Below, piece after piece: positions 12,601 through 24,617 of a stretch of DNA of 29,326 nt. This DNA is from Paramecium tetraurelia (lineage: Eukaryota): the NCBI GenBank assembly GCA_000165425.1, contig CT868054.1, positions 186,001-215,326 of the forward strand, in the 5' to 3' direction. Both the position numbers and the translations under genes were made by a program. Every line of letters begins with the position of its first letter. Position 1 is the stretch's first letter. The notes beneath the pieces were generated by a model. That model was not told the DNA's origin and did no database searches. It saw only the letters and a program-made list of their open reading frames with translations.

Positions 12601-15600
12601 TGTACTTCATGCTATGATGATAGATATCTAATTGGAAATAAATGTTAATGTGCTTCTAAGTTTTAAGGGGCTTCGATAAGTACATTTGAATTTAATGGTA
12701 TGGTTAAAATGCTAAAGTAAATCTTCATATAATTGTAAGAGTGCCATTATTCTTGTGCAACATGTGGAGGAAAAGAAGAAATAGATTGCATTTCTTGTAT
12801 TGACACTGATAATAGGTATTAAGTAGGCAATACTTGTGTTTGCAAAGAAGGATATTATGATGCAGGATTGCCTGTCTGTTAAAGTATTTATCATTTGTTT
12901 ATCAATAGAATGCAGTTACAAATGTAAAGGATGCTCAAAATAGTCTGAATATTGTACTTCTTGTTAAGATAACAGTTTAAGATAGTTAGTTTCAGATTTC
13001 AAAACATGCAAATGCAATTAAAGATATTATGATGATGGTTAAAGTGAAGTTTGTTAATGTATGTATTTTCAATATGATTAATTAGAATGCCATTACTCAT
13101 GCCTTCGATGTAATGACATCGACACAAAATGTGAATTATGCTCATTTGAATCAAATAGAATTTACAATGATTAACTATTTTCTTGTGATTGTGATGTAGG
13201 TTATTATAATACTGGAGTTGAAATCTGTTAAAAATGTCACTATTCCTGTTTAAATTGTAATTCTGGAGATTCATCATCATGTATTTAATGTGTTGATTCT
13301 AACATTTCAAATAGAGTATTTTATAATAACACTTGTAAATGTTTATTTGGATATTTTGATGATGGCTAATCAATTAAATGTTAAAAATGTGATGTTTAAT
13401 GTTTAAGTTGTATTAATTAATCTTATTAATGTTTATCATGTCCACAAACAAGGAAATTAGAAACTAATTGTAAATGTTAACAAGGATATTATGATATTGG
13501 ATTACAACTATGTTAAAAATGTAACTCAATTTGTTCTGCATGTGAATTTACATCTAATAATTGCACATAATGTGATTCTGATTAATTTAGACAACTAAAT
13601 GAAATTACTTAAAACTTGTGATTGTTAAATTGGTTATCTTGAACTTAATGGAATTTGTTTATAATGTGATCAAAGTTGTAAAATTTGTTAGTAATAATTG
13701 AATCATTGTACATCTTGTGTTTAATTTAGAAAATAAAATAATAATAATGGCATTTGTATTGATGGTATGTTTGAATCAATTTAAGATAAATAATGTAAAT
13801 TATGTCATAAAACATGTTTAACATGTGCTTATTCAGATTAATATTGTTTAACTTGTTCAGTTGATAATTTTAGAATATTTAAATCTGGAAATACTTGTGA
13901 ATGTATATAAGGATACTATGAAAATTAAATAACTTATGCATGTGAATAATGTTCAAAATCTTGTTTAACTTGTTCATAATAATAGAATAATTGTTTAACA
14001 TGTGATACAACTCTTAATTTATCTTTAATCAAATAATCAATGTTTATGTTCATAATCCTATTATTTTAATTCTTTAACTAATTCATGTTAATGTAATACT
14101 ATTATATTTATATAGAATGTAATATCACTTGTTTAGATTGTTAAATTCAGAATGAATGTACATCATGTAAATTAACAACCAGACATTTAGATTAAGATTA
14201 AAAGAAATGCATATGTAATGATGGTTATTATGAAACAAACTAAGCAAATTGTTAATGTATTATAAATTATCTACTTTTAGAATGTCATTTATCATGTGAG
14301 ACTTGTATTAATATCGATACTAATTGCTTAAGTTGTATAAGTATATCGAATAGAATATTAACTAATAATTAATGTTTGTGTATATAAGGATATTATGATG
14401 CAGGAATTGAAATATGTTAAAAATGTAATGGTAAATGTAAAACGTGTTAATCCTCTGCTTCAACTTGTTTATCTTGTTATCAAGTTGAACAAAATAGATA
14501 CTAATCAATAGATAAATGTTTATGTAAATCTGGATATTTTGAATCAAATACTGATATCTGTTAAAGTAATCTTAATTAATTAATAATTTAGAATGCTCAA
14601 ACGAATGTCTAACATGTTAAGGTTCGCCTGATTATTGTACAAGTTGTGATACCAATTCAAAAAGAATAGATTAATCATTTATTCACAAATGTCCATGTAT
14701 AATTGGATTTTATCAAGATCAAAATTATATTTGTTAAAGTAAATATCCATATATTATTTAAAGAATGCCATTATAAATGTTAAACTTGTATAAATATAAG
14801 TGATTAATGTTTAAGTTGTAAATTTGAATTAAATTCAAACAGAAAGTCTTTGTCTGATTAATGTAATTGTAAAGAAGGTTATTATGATGATGGAACTTAA
14901 TTATAATGCTAAAAATGCAATTTTAAATGTAAAAGTTGTATAAATGATTCAAATAACTGCTAAATTTGTTCAAATTCAATACGAAGTAATCCTCCAATGT
15001 GTAATTGTATTGATGGATATTATGAAGATTTATAATTGACATGTTAAAGTATTTATTATCTTAAAATAAGTGTGTGCATATTAATGTAATACATGTGCTA
15101 CTTAACCATAAAATTGTTTGACTTGTAAACCAGGAAGATCTGGAAATGATTGTAAATGTAGTGATGGATATTTTGAAAATGGATCCATATTATGCGATTG
15201 TATTAATTATTAACAATCTTATATAGAATGTGCATTTCAATGTGTTACTTGTAGTAATTCATCATCGAATTGCAACAAATGTAAAGGTAATAGAATTTAA
15301 GAACCTTAATGCATATGTCAACCAGGCTATTTTGATGATCAATTAAATGAAGATTGTTAATTATGTGATAGTTCCTGTTTGGAATGTAATAAAATTGGAT
15401 GTCTATCCTGTAATGCCAATAGAATAATAAATGATGATATGGATTGCATGCCTCCACCAAATTCAATTTGGTATGATAATACTCCTTGGTGTTCAAGTAA
15501 GTGAATTTAAATATTTTTAGCTTGTTAGGTTGCAGTTATTAAAGTATATTTATCAGATGATCTCAGTAAAATAATTATTCATTTTGATTTCCTTTTAAAT

Positions 15601-18600
15601 TCAAAATAATTTAATTCATAATTTGAATTAAATAAATGTTTGTAATTATTTGAATTAGAATCTGTCTAAAGTTTTGGGTTAAATTGTTAATGCTTTCTTG
15701 ATCCAGATGATAATCATCAATTATTAATATCTTTAGGAGAAAACTCAAAAATAAATGTAGGTGATGAATTACTATTTCTAAGTAATTCTTTATCTCATGT
15801 TAATTGTGAAACTACTTTAAATAAGTTTATTTTTCCAAAATTATAATTGCCATTAAACCCATTGGCTCCATAAATTGAGTATAATGTACCTTTATATAAA
15901 TTGAATCCTTATACAGAAAACTCAGTTTATTTGAAATCAATAAAAAACTATGGATTTAGAAAATTAACTAATATCAACTGGACTGTTTAAGCAGAAACAA
16001 GCCAAATTACAGTATCCTTGAGCGATTTCATTACATAAATCAATTTACTTTAGGAATAAAATTTACTTATACCCAAACTTACATTACCTGGTGATGAAAT
16101 TCTCAAATTTAAGATCTAATATGAAAATTTCATTAATATTCATTCATAATCAGAATTTACAATATAAACTCATTCAGGAAGCCTTCCATATATTGAAATA
16201 ACTGCAAAACCTTAATATTTCGTATATGAGACGATTACTATAAGTTTATCTGCTAACACTTTATATTAATCAAATTAAAGTGATAGTTCTAAATATTTAA
16301 TTGAAATTAGTGAAATTGATAGATATCCTAAAAAGTCATCGTCTTCACAATTAAATAAATCCATGTAATCTAATCCTTTTGAAAAAATTTAAGCTAGCAT
16401 TCTAAAATATACATTAAGTCCTAATACAACTTATACGTTCTAAGTTAATGCAACAAATTTAAATACAAATAAGGCTCAATAATAAAATTTGAGTATCTAA
16501 ATCCCATATGCTGGATTAATATGCAAATTTAATAACAAAGAAATCTAGAGTATTAGAAAGGATCTCAATTTATAGATATAATGCAGAGATTTAGACACAA
16601 TATATGATTGGAATACTGATCCAGATTTGTATGTCCAAGTAGCCTGTAAGGATTTAACTTTAAATAGCACTTGCATAAATTAATTAAAATAATTAATTAA
16701 TGTCAATGTTACAGATACATTTTAATTTATTAAGAAGAATTCAATTTCTTCCTTAACTGTGTAGGAATGGTCAGTCATAGTAACCAAATTTGACTAAATT
16801 TACAAATTTACATAAATTATCGTTTTTCTTGAGGATGATTTCCCTGTTTTAGATTTAGATTTCAATTAGGGTTATTTAATGAGACAAGTTAATAATTATG
16901 AATAGCTGAATTTTACATTTCTAATCCCATTCAATTAAAAATCTTAGTTATTAGATCTATCAATTGCACTTATATATAACTATCAGATAATAGCAATACT
17001 GTAACCTAAATATCTTTCTCATTAATTTAAGTTATTTAATAGTCTAGAAGAGTTAAAATTGGGGAATAACATTAATCTTAAATTTACAGCATAATATACA
17101 AACAATATCATGCCTAGTCTAAATACCATAAAACTGACTATTAATTAACCTCCTATCTGTTCAAAATTAACTATTACTCGTTCTAATGATTAAGCACTTT
17201 CAAATATGATGGTTACTACTTCTTGTTAATACTCAGATGATTCTCCTTATAAAGTACGAACTTAGAGTATTTTTGAGAGAATAAGATTTAACAGATTTTT
17301 TGAAAGGTTCATCTGATAATTCCTTAATTCTTTATCCTTATTAGTCATAAACTCAATTTTAGATTTAAATTTCTTCTTCAGTGGATTCTTCAAAAATTGG
17401 ACTTTTATTATAAGTGCTTGATTAAGGAGGATCAATAACTCCTATTTATGAGTTAATTACTTCAACCCCTGCAAAAATTAATTGTTCCTAAATATAATTT
17501 ACAAATTTGAAATTGCAAAACAAGATTTCTTTGTTATTTGAAGCAATGAATTAAAAATGTAATGAGTTACATAATTAAATTTATCTTGATTTGCTTTACT
17601 AATAAATTTTGCCAGATTAAAACGATAACATCCTAAAATTTTAAGCTATAAAATTATATAGGTAGTTTTTAATATAGTTTGGATAGACCAAACCTAAGAA
17701 TCGATTATTATTTGAATCAAATTAAAAAGGATGTTATGATAAAAATTCAAGTCGTTTCTTTATTACATAAAATCAGGATGATCCTAATTCTAATTCAACA
17801 ACGAAGATAGAAGAGTTACAAGATAATGTTAAGAAATTAGATTCATCATTTAAATATTTTAGTGGAATGAAAAAGTAAAGTGAAGAGGGGCTCAATCAAA
17901 ATAATTATGTTTGGAATCAAGAACTTTTCTAATAACTATAAAACTTTTAAGGAGGTTTAACCAATCTATTATACTTTGTTGATGAATTGTATTCTAACTT
18001 TTTATCAGCCAATACAACAAATACAACAATTTACTCAAGCATTGTTGAATTGTTAAAGTATAAAAGTTCTATTACAGATGAAATATAGAATAATATTGTT
18101 GTTAATGACTAACCATTATATATTGAGGGTAAAGATATGATTTCTTAATTAAAAAAAAGAACAAAAAAGATGTTCAATTAATAATTTAATATTGAACCAG
18201 CAATTGAAGACTACATAATAGATCTTATTCAATATGAATCTACAAATCTTTCAATAAATCCATTAATATTCAGTCCAGACTAAGATAAAATGCTTTAATA
18301 ACATTTTAACGACAAAACTATGCAAATATTGTCAGATAATTATTACTTAATAAAATTATTCAATGTTATTAAAAACAGATATATAACTTATGAAAATATT
18401 TCATCTTACTTTGGCACTAAATTTGGAACATATGAGATCTGTTCTAATTAATCATAAAAAATTAAAGAATATGAGATATTGTGTATTTCAAGAACAGTCT
18501 CTGGAGGATTCCATAAATGTAATTTAAATAAAGTAGAAAACAATGAAACTATTGAATTAACTTGTGAATGCAAGAGTTTGGGGGAAATATTTTTAATTTC

Positions 18601-19466
18601 TTCTACAAATTTTAGTTTTGTAGATGTATTTAATAATAGCACAGAAGAAGCTGGTTTTGATATCACTTCATTCTAAGATGATTTCTTTATTTTAATTATT
18701 TGTACAAGCTCCTTGACTATGATACTATTCGGAATTTATATTTTTTAATTAATCAGGGACTTGAGAGATAATTCAGATGATGAAATATTATAAGAAGTTT
18801 GTAGTGTGTAGGTAGATATAAATAAAATGATGTACAAAGGAAGTTCTACACTTTTCAAATAAAAATTCAAAGTATATTTTAAATTTAATTATTAGGATAT
18901 TCATCAAGTCATCTCACTTGCTAATTATAAAGATTAATAAATTAAATTCAGTTATAGAATTTTGGAAGTCATATCCTAAATTAATTTATTGTTAACTTTT
19001 AATATTGTAGAGTTTTACTTCTAAAGTCTTAACATACCCCTGATATTTGCTTTTATGATCGTTAACCCTATTATTGTTTTTATTCTGAGAATAATCTATA
19101 AAATTATTGAAACAATATACAGATTCAGAAATATTCCTGCAATTATTAGTTCGTTCATTCTAATCATATTATTGATATTGCCGAATATTGTCCTCTTTAT
19201 TATTCACAAAACCAGGTAATTATCCATTATATTTTAGATTGGAGGCTTAATCAGAAATATATATAATGGTTATTATCTTCTTAGTGAATATTGTAATTTA
19301 ATAAACTGTGATTGAAGCGATTTCAATATTCGGAAGAATTTCAATTTATAGATTAATAGCCTCGAGCCTCAAATAAATGGAACTTAACCCATTATTTCAT
19401 TTGATGCATTTTTTTGTTATGCACAGCAGTCTAGAAGATATTTTCGACGAGTTCCTAAAAATTTGA
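9601..19466 (+). CDS. Copy B: giant (~3050 aa) furin-like Cys-repeat / REJ / GAIN-GPS / multi-TM polycystin-1-like receptor; five apparent frameshifts (assembly errors or pseudogene)
   Basis: ATG 9601 MIVAFYFVSIIMKVFG (signal peptide). ~30 repeats of C-H-Y-S-C-xx-C...C-xx-C...R...C-x-C-xx-G-Y-Y/F-D to ~15500; REJ-like region ~15520-17500; GPS-like 18482-18598; TMs from ~18680; TGA 19464-19466. About 26 introns of 22-28 nt (e.g. 9989-10011, 10162-10183, 10292-10316, 10416-10440, 11330-11351, 12193-12220, 15497-15520, 18872-18895, 19216-19237). Frameshifts vs paralogues near 11285-11310, 12706-12709, 13609-13610, 14031-14033, 17251-17253. Confidence 0.9.
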
Positions 19467-19962
19467 AATGATATTTTGAATTAAATAAAGATTAAAATTT
19501 TATAATTATTTTTAAAATTTCATAATGTATTCTAAATAAATAGTATTAAATTATCTAATTTATAAAATTCAATAATTGTTTACATAAGACATAAATATAT
19601 GTCTAGAGTTAAAACCTATTTAATTAAGTTTCATTGTAACTCTGATTTATTATATTATTTATTCTCAATTGCATTCAAATTTTAACTCTATAATCCAAGA
19701 TTTTAGTCATTTTGATAAAAGTCATCACAAGAACAATATAATTGATAGAAACGATAGTAAATTTATAATAATTACAAAGAATTAAAGAATCACTTAGTAT
19801 TGAAAGCAAAATTATTATTAACTAAACAAAGAGAATTTGAAATATATTCATCCTTTCAGTAAATGGAAGGATTAAGATAATTGAATAGTATATATATGTT
19901 AAATGAAGTTGCTGGTTTTACATATCTAGTTGAAATAAATAATTGATAATGTATTTGATATA

Positions 19963-20970
19963 TCAGGTTTTTCCGAAAATAATCATTAAAATTTCGAGTA
20001 TTCTCAAAAACAAGATAACAATATCAACGTATAATAACATGGCTGCAATAATATAATCATCAATTGTTAAATAATTAGACTAAGTTTGAATTATAATATT
20101 ACATGATTGCCAATAATAAGTTAAGTATCAAAGATGATATAGCCTCCATATATGATGATGCATAGGGTACATATGAATAAATGGAACCAAATATTGCGAA
20201 CGAATAAGCCAATAATGCACATAATCAAAACACTCATACTTAAAACAAAGCAGAAATGTCCTTGAATAATAAATGAAGTAATCAACCTGCAGCTGAATAA
20301 TCTGTTTTTGTACGCCATGCATATATTGTGAGCATAATAGTAATTGCCACTGTGATTGATGCAGCAATAATGACTAATTGAACTATATAATATTTGAATT
20401 CAGAATTTACCTCCATTTGATAATAATTCAAAGCAAATGATGCAAGGTGCAGCCACAACAGTACTAAAGCATAGAGTAAAAATAGTAAGTAATATGTAAT
20501 TGAGAGGCACCTATAAGATATTATATATTTCATACTTTTCTCGCCACTTTTCTGCAACAAAAGATAGCAACTTCAATGACTAAGGCAATTACAAAGCAAA
20601 ATATAGTTAATGGTGTGTATTGAATTGTTGATGTATTGATGATGGCATTTCTCACATTTTGGAAATAATAAGATGCCAAAATTAACAGAAACGTGATTGA
20701 AAGTTAAAAACTCATAATGGCATAAACTTTCACAATGAATCCAGCTCTAATATCGGAATCTGCAGAGCTTACTAAACCTGAACATTCAGAATCATTTACT
20801 GCCATAGGATTATTAAATGCAGCATGATTAACATTTCCAATTTGATAGGCAAGTTGTTATGGCTATTTACTATTTTAATTAAAAGGATCTTATTAATTAG
20901 GAGTTTATTAATTGTATTGAAGTTATTGATTTGGATCATCAGAGTAATACCTATTATTGTTGTTATTCAT
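19963..20970 (-). CDS. TMBIM / Bax inhibitor-1 family (Lifeguard-like) multi-pass membrane protein, 301 aa
   Basis: ATG 20970, TGA ends 19963; introns 20511-20535, 20383-20410, 20261-20286, 20080-20102 give 906 nt. Family motifs IRAGFIVKVYAIMSFQL, ARKVPLNYILLTIFT, YAWRTKTDY, YIIFDTQLIIG, DDYIIAAMLLYVDIVILFLRIL, including both Asp of the di-aspartyl sensor. Confidence 0.95.
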
Positions 20971-21129
20971 GTAATTTATTAATATAATAATGATATAAAT
21001 AACATAACATACGAATTCAATTGATTTATTTCTATTGTAAATGATGAATTGCATCATTGATCATATTACTCATTTTTCTATTCTAAAGTGTTACTTTACC
21101 TAATTATCCAAGTTGTCTTTCCATTTTAT

Positions 21130-21763
21130 CAACATTCTTATCCTTATCTTCATTACTCATAGAATAATATTTAATTCATAATCTCATTTAATACTTAATA
21201 TCCTCATGAATTCCAGCATAAAGTTTAAGGGAATACTCAATTTACATATCCTTTTCAAAATTAAGAGATAGACAAGATTATTAATTCTATTTTCTTTCTA
21301 TTAATTAATTTAATTTAGTTTATATCGGAGCAGCAATCCTGTAACTGTAAACTATTTTTATTGAATTGTAAGCCTGCATTCAAATTCTTTTTATTAATGA
21401 TTCTATAAATGAAAATTTAAATTAGTTTAATAGACTGTGAAAATATTTATTAGGATTTTAGAATTCATACATTTCAAATATTTAACAAATTAAAATTATT
21501 CATTGACTTTTAAAGTACACCAAATATTTAAGCATGGATTGAGAAATCATATGAAATTATAAATTTATAATAAAATATCCCTTGTTCTAAAATTACACTA
21601 AATTCATTCTAATTAATTATAACAATTATTGACATTAGCTTTCAATAAGAGGATAAAAAAACTTTAATTAAGTTGTTTATTTTCTTATGAAAAGTGAGTA
21701 AATAGTAAATCAAATTTTGATGTCATTAAAATTTTTGCTAACATTTCAAAAATTTATGGATGA
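21130..21763 (+). pseudogene. Deleted relic of the 3' end of the type I membrane protein gene (paralogue of ~5190-6168)
   Basis: Shared strings such as ttaagagatagacaag, gcaatcct.taactgtaaactatttttattgaatt.taagcct and tagactgtgaaa. Several internal deletions, including most of the TM-coding segment; 5' ~2.4 kb absent. Confidence 0.85.
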
Positions 21764-22049
21764 GTTATAAATATATAAGTGTATTATAAGATATTAAAAA
21801 AATAAATACAGATATTTATTATAAAAACTAATCCTATGGGAATGGATGCTATATAAATAATGAAGAATTCATCATTAGTAAGTTCCAACAAAGTTTCTAT
21901 TTGGCCAACATTCATTAATAGTTTTTTGCAACCAAATGCTACAATTATTATACTGATATTTGTTGCTTTAATTCAAGAGTTTGAATAAATCTAGGTCAGA
22001 TTTGGCTACTATAATAGTTTAATTCCGTAATAGGGCTTTGTGTTTTTTT

Positions 22050-22680
22050 TTAAATATTTTCTTGTTGAAGCAAAAAATAAAAAATGAAAATTTAAATTGT
22101 TAGCCAGATTATATCAGTATTACCGATGTATAATCAATTTGACTTTGCGTTTTCTAGTAAATCAACAAGTCTTTTTCGAATTAGTATATAAAATGTAAAA
22201 CTTACAAACTAAATACAGCAAAATTACATTCCAAAGCTTTGCGATAAGATTGGCAATTTTAAACCAGACCATAAACCTATCTTAAATCAAATATCTTGTC
22301 TTTACTCTAATGCTGTCAATTATAGAGACTGCAAGAAATAATATCACGGTCTCATTGGTCCCATTAATGTTTATATCGACAAGAAATTGCCACCTGTAGC
22401 TAAAACTAGTTACACTCAAAATTTTATCACAAAAAAATATGAAAAACAAGATCCTATCATCCAAAAATAATTGTACTCCATATCTCACTATCTCTAGAGA
22501 TCCATTCCAGAATCCTCAAAAACCTTGATTCGAGATACTACACAAAATTCTATTTTGGTTACCCGAAAAGATAATACATCCACTAAACATTTAGTTTATA
22601 GAAAAAGAAACAATCCCATCAACGCTTTAAATGGGTCTTAAATTCTTATTCAAAATTAGTAATTTTTAGTCTATCTTATA
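22050..22680 (+). pseudogene. Relic of the SAXO/STOP-like gene (paralogue of ~6450-7440)
   Basis: Shared gataagattggcaattt.aaaccagaccataaacct, ggtctcattggtcccattaat, atatgaaaaacaagatcctatcatcc; both introns still recognisable; ~400 bp deletion near 22180 and further indels. Confidence 0.75.
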
Positions 22681-24617
22681 AGTGTAGTATTCTAAATTTA
22701 TTGAATTGTTAAATAAATCATCTATATAAGGCAACTCTTTCCCAAACTTCATCCTCAAGAGCACAATTTGATTAATTAAATTTAAATGTGGAGATATTCA
22801 TTAGTATTTTATGTTCTATTTCAGAATTAATCTTATTAGTTCTTATCAGATTTATTTAAGGTCCATTTGCATCTATTTTGAGGATGGCAAACTATTGTTT
22901 TCACTTTTTTGTTTAAAATGTTACATGCATCAATTTTGTTTATTGCACTGCATTAATTGTTATTTTCTTCTTGTCGAAATAAGTTCTCCCAATATTCGTT
23001 TCGCTTTTTCACTCTTCAAAGAATCCAATTATACAATTTACAAGTGTTTTCTCATAGTTTACTAAATTTAACTCCAAATAAACTCGAATTTTATTGTCCA
23101 TTTTATCGATTCTCTATTCAACTTAATCGAAACAATATGTATAATAAATTATATATATTAAATTATGGTAAGTCAATAATCAGAATGATGAGGAGTTAGT
23201 CGGATTAATAAATTAATAATAATTTTTTAAGTCATAAAAATTATATCTGATGCCCTTTGCTTAGAGGTGGGGTCCTTAGTATTGATTTCAGGAATTTAAA
23301 TGAAGTATGAGAAGTAAGGTTTTTAAATTTTATACATTAATTAGAAGGATGTTTCATTGGATTTAATAAGTTTAACTTTAACTTTAGACATTCCTACCTT
23401 AAAAAAACTAATTGTAGGTCTGTCTTATGAAGTTTATTTTTGATTAAATTAGAAAAAAAAGTATTAAATGAAGGTGGATTCTCAATCATTTTTCGAAACC
23501 CAAATTAAGAAATATTTTGGTTTATAATTAATTTTAAAATAGCACTAATAAAATTAAATTTTAAAAAAATATTTGAATAAATTTGGCACTTTAAATAATT
23601 ATTAAAATATAACACAATTATTGTATTGGAATTAGTATTTTTAATAATTAGCTGCCTATAGTAGTTGTTGTTATCAACATCCTAATAAACCCACAAGTAA
23701 AATTGTTAATTAAATTTTTAGCAGATAATTTAATTTGAACAGTCATATATTATGTATCAATTTAGCTCTAATGAAGATCATTCACTTTGAGATAATAGAT
23801 GAAGCAATAAAATGTAATCTTTATTTTCAAAAATAAAATTATAGCAAATCAGAGAAAGCACCTGTTTTATTAATATATAAGATTAAATGCAATAAACTAA
23901 TGAGGTTTTTGAAGTAAAGAACATACAGGTATTTTTCTCAATATGATGAAATGGCTCATAAAAAATTATTTTATATATCAACTCAAATATATAAAGAATT
24001 TCTAATTATAGATAGAGAAATTAACAATTCTTAAAGTTAGAAATAATAAGCAGAAATCAATTAAAAGTTCAATTATAAAATAGCCCATAATAATAATTAT
24101 TATAATATATATAAATAATTAATAATAAATTGAATAGTCCATCCTCGATTTAGGCAATCTGATACTTTGTGACTTAATTTAGATAAAGTAATAAGGATAC
24201 ACTAATTGCAGACATCAGCAGTTTATTAAAGATCAAATGATGATATATTAATTTTAGAATATATATTTAATACTACCTTTTAGTACTTCTGATTTTTTAT
24301 ATACTGTTGTAGATTTATCTTAATTTATACATCTCTAGTGAATAAATGATAATCATTGTTTGAATTAGTTAATATGTTATCTAGTTTCCATTCACAAGCA
24401 TCTCCTCCTTGAATTTCAAGGATATTAAGCGACTACTTTAAAATAGTGGATTAACGAACTACGAAATGCTTATTCAAACTAATAAACTAAGATCAAGTAA
24501 ATAATTTAAATAATTATAATCTTAAACTCAAGACTAAACACCGCTTTTAGTTTAATATTAAGATTTAATAGATAAGGAAAGTTTGTTGAATTTTTAAATC
24601 ATATTAATAAAAAAGAA

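Noticed and set aside
14028..14036. Euplotes-type +1 programmed frameshift at AAA-TAA
   Set aside because: TAA is Gln in this genome, copy C lacks the extra A, and the other shift sites do not share the motif.
10180..15500. Classical Paramecium immobilisation antigen (51A-type) or a CRISPR-like repeat array
   Set aside because: Repeats are intron-punctuated furin-like protein repeats leading to REJ/GPS/multi-TM domains rather than a GPI anchor; there are no constant DNA repeats with spacers.
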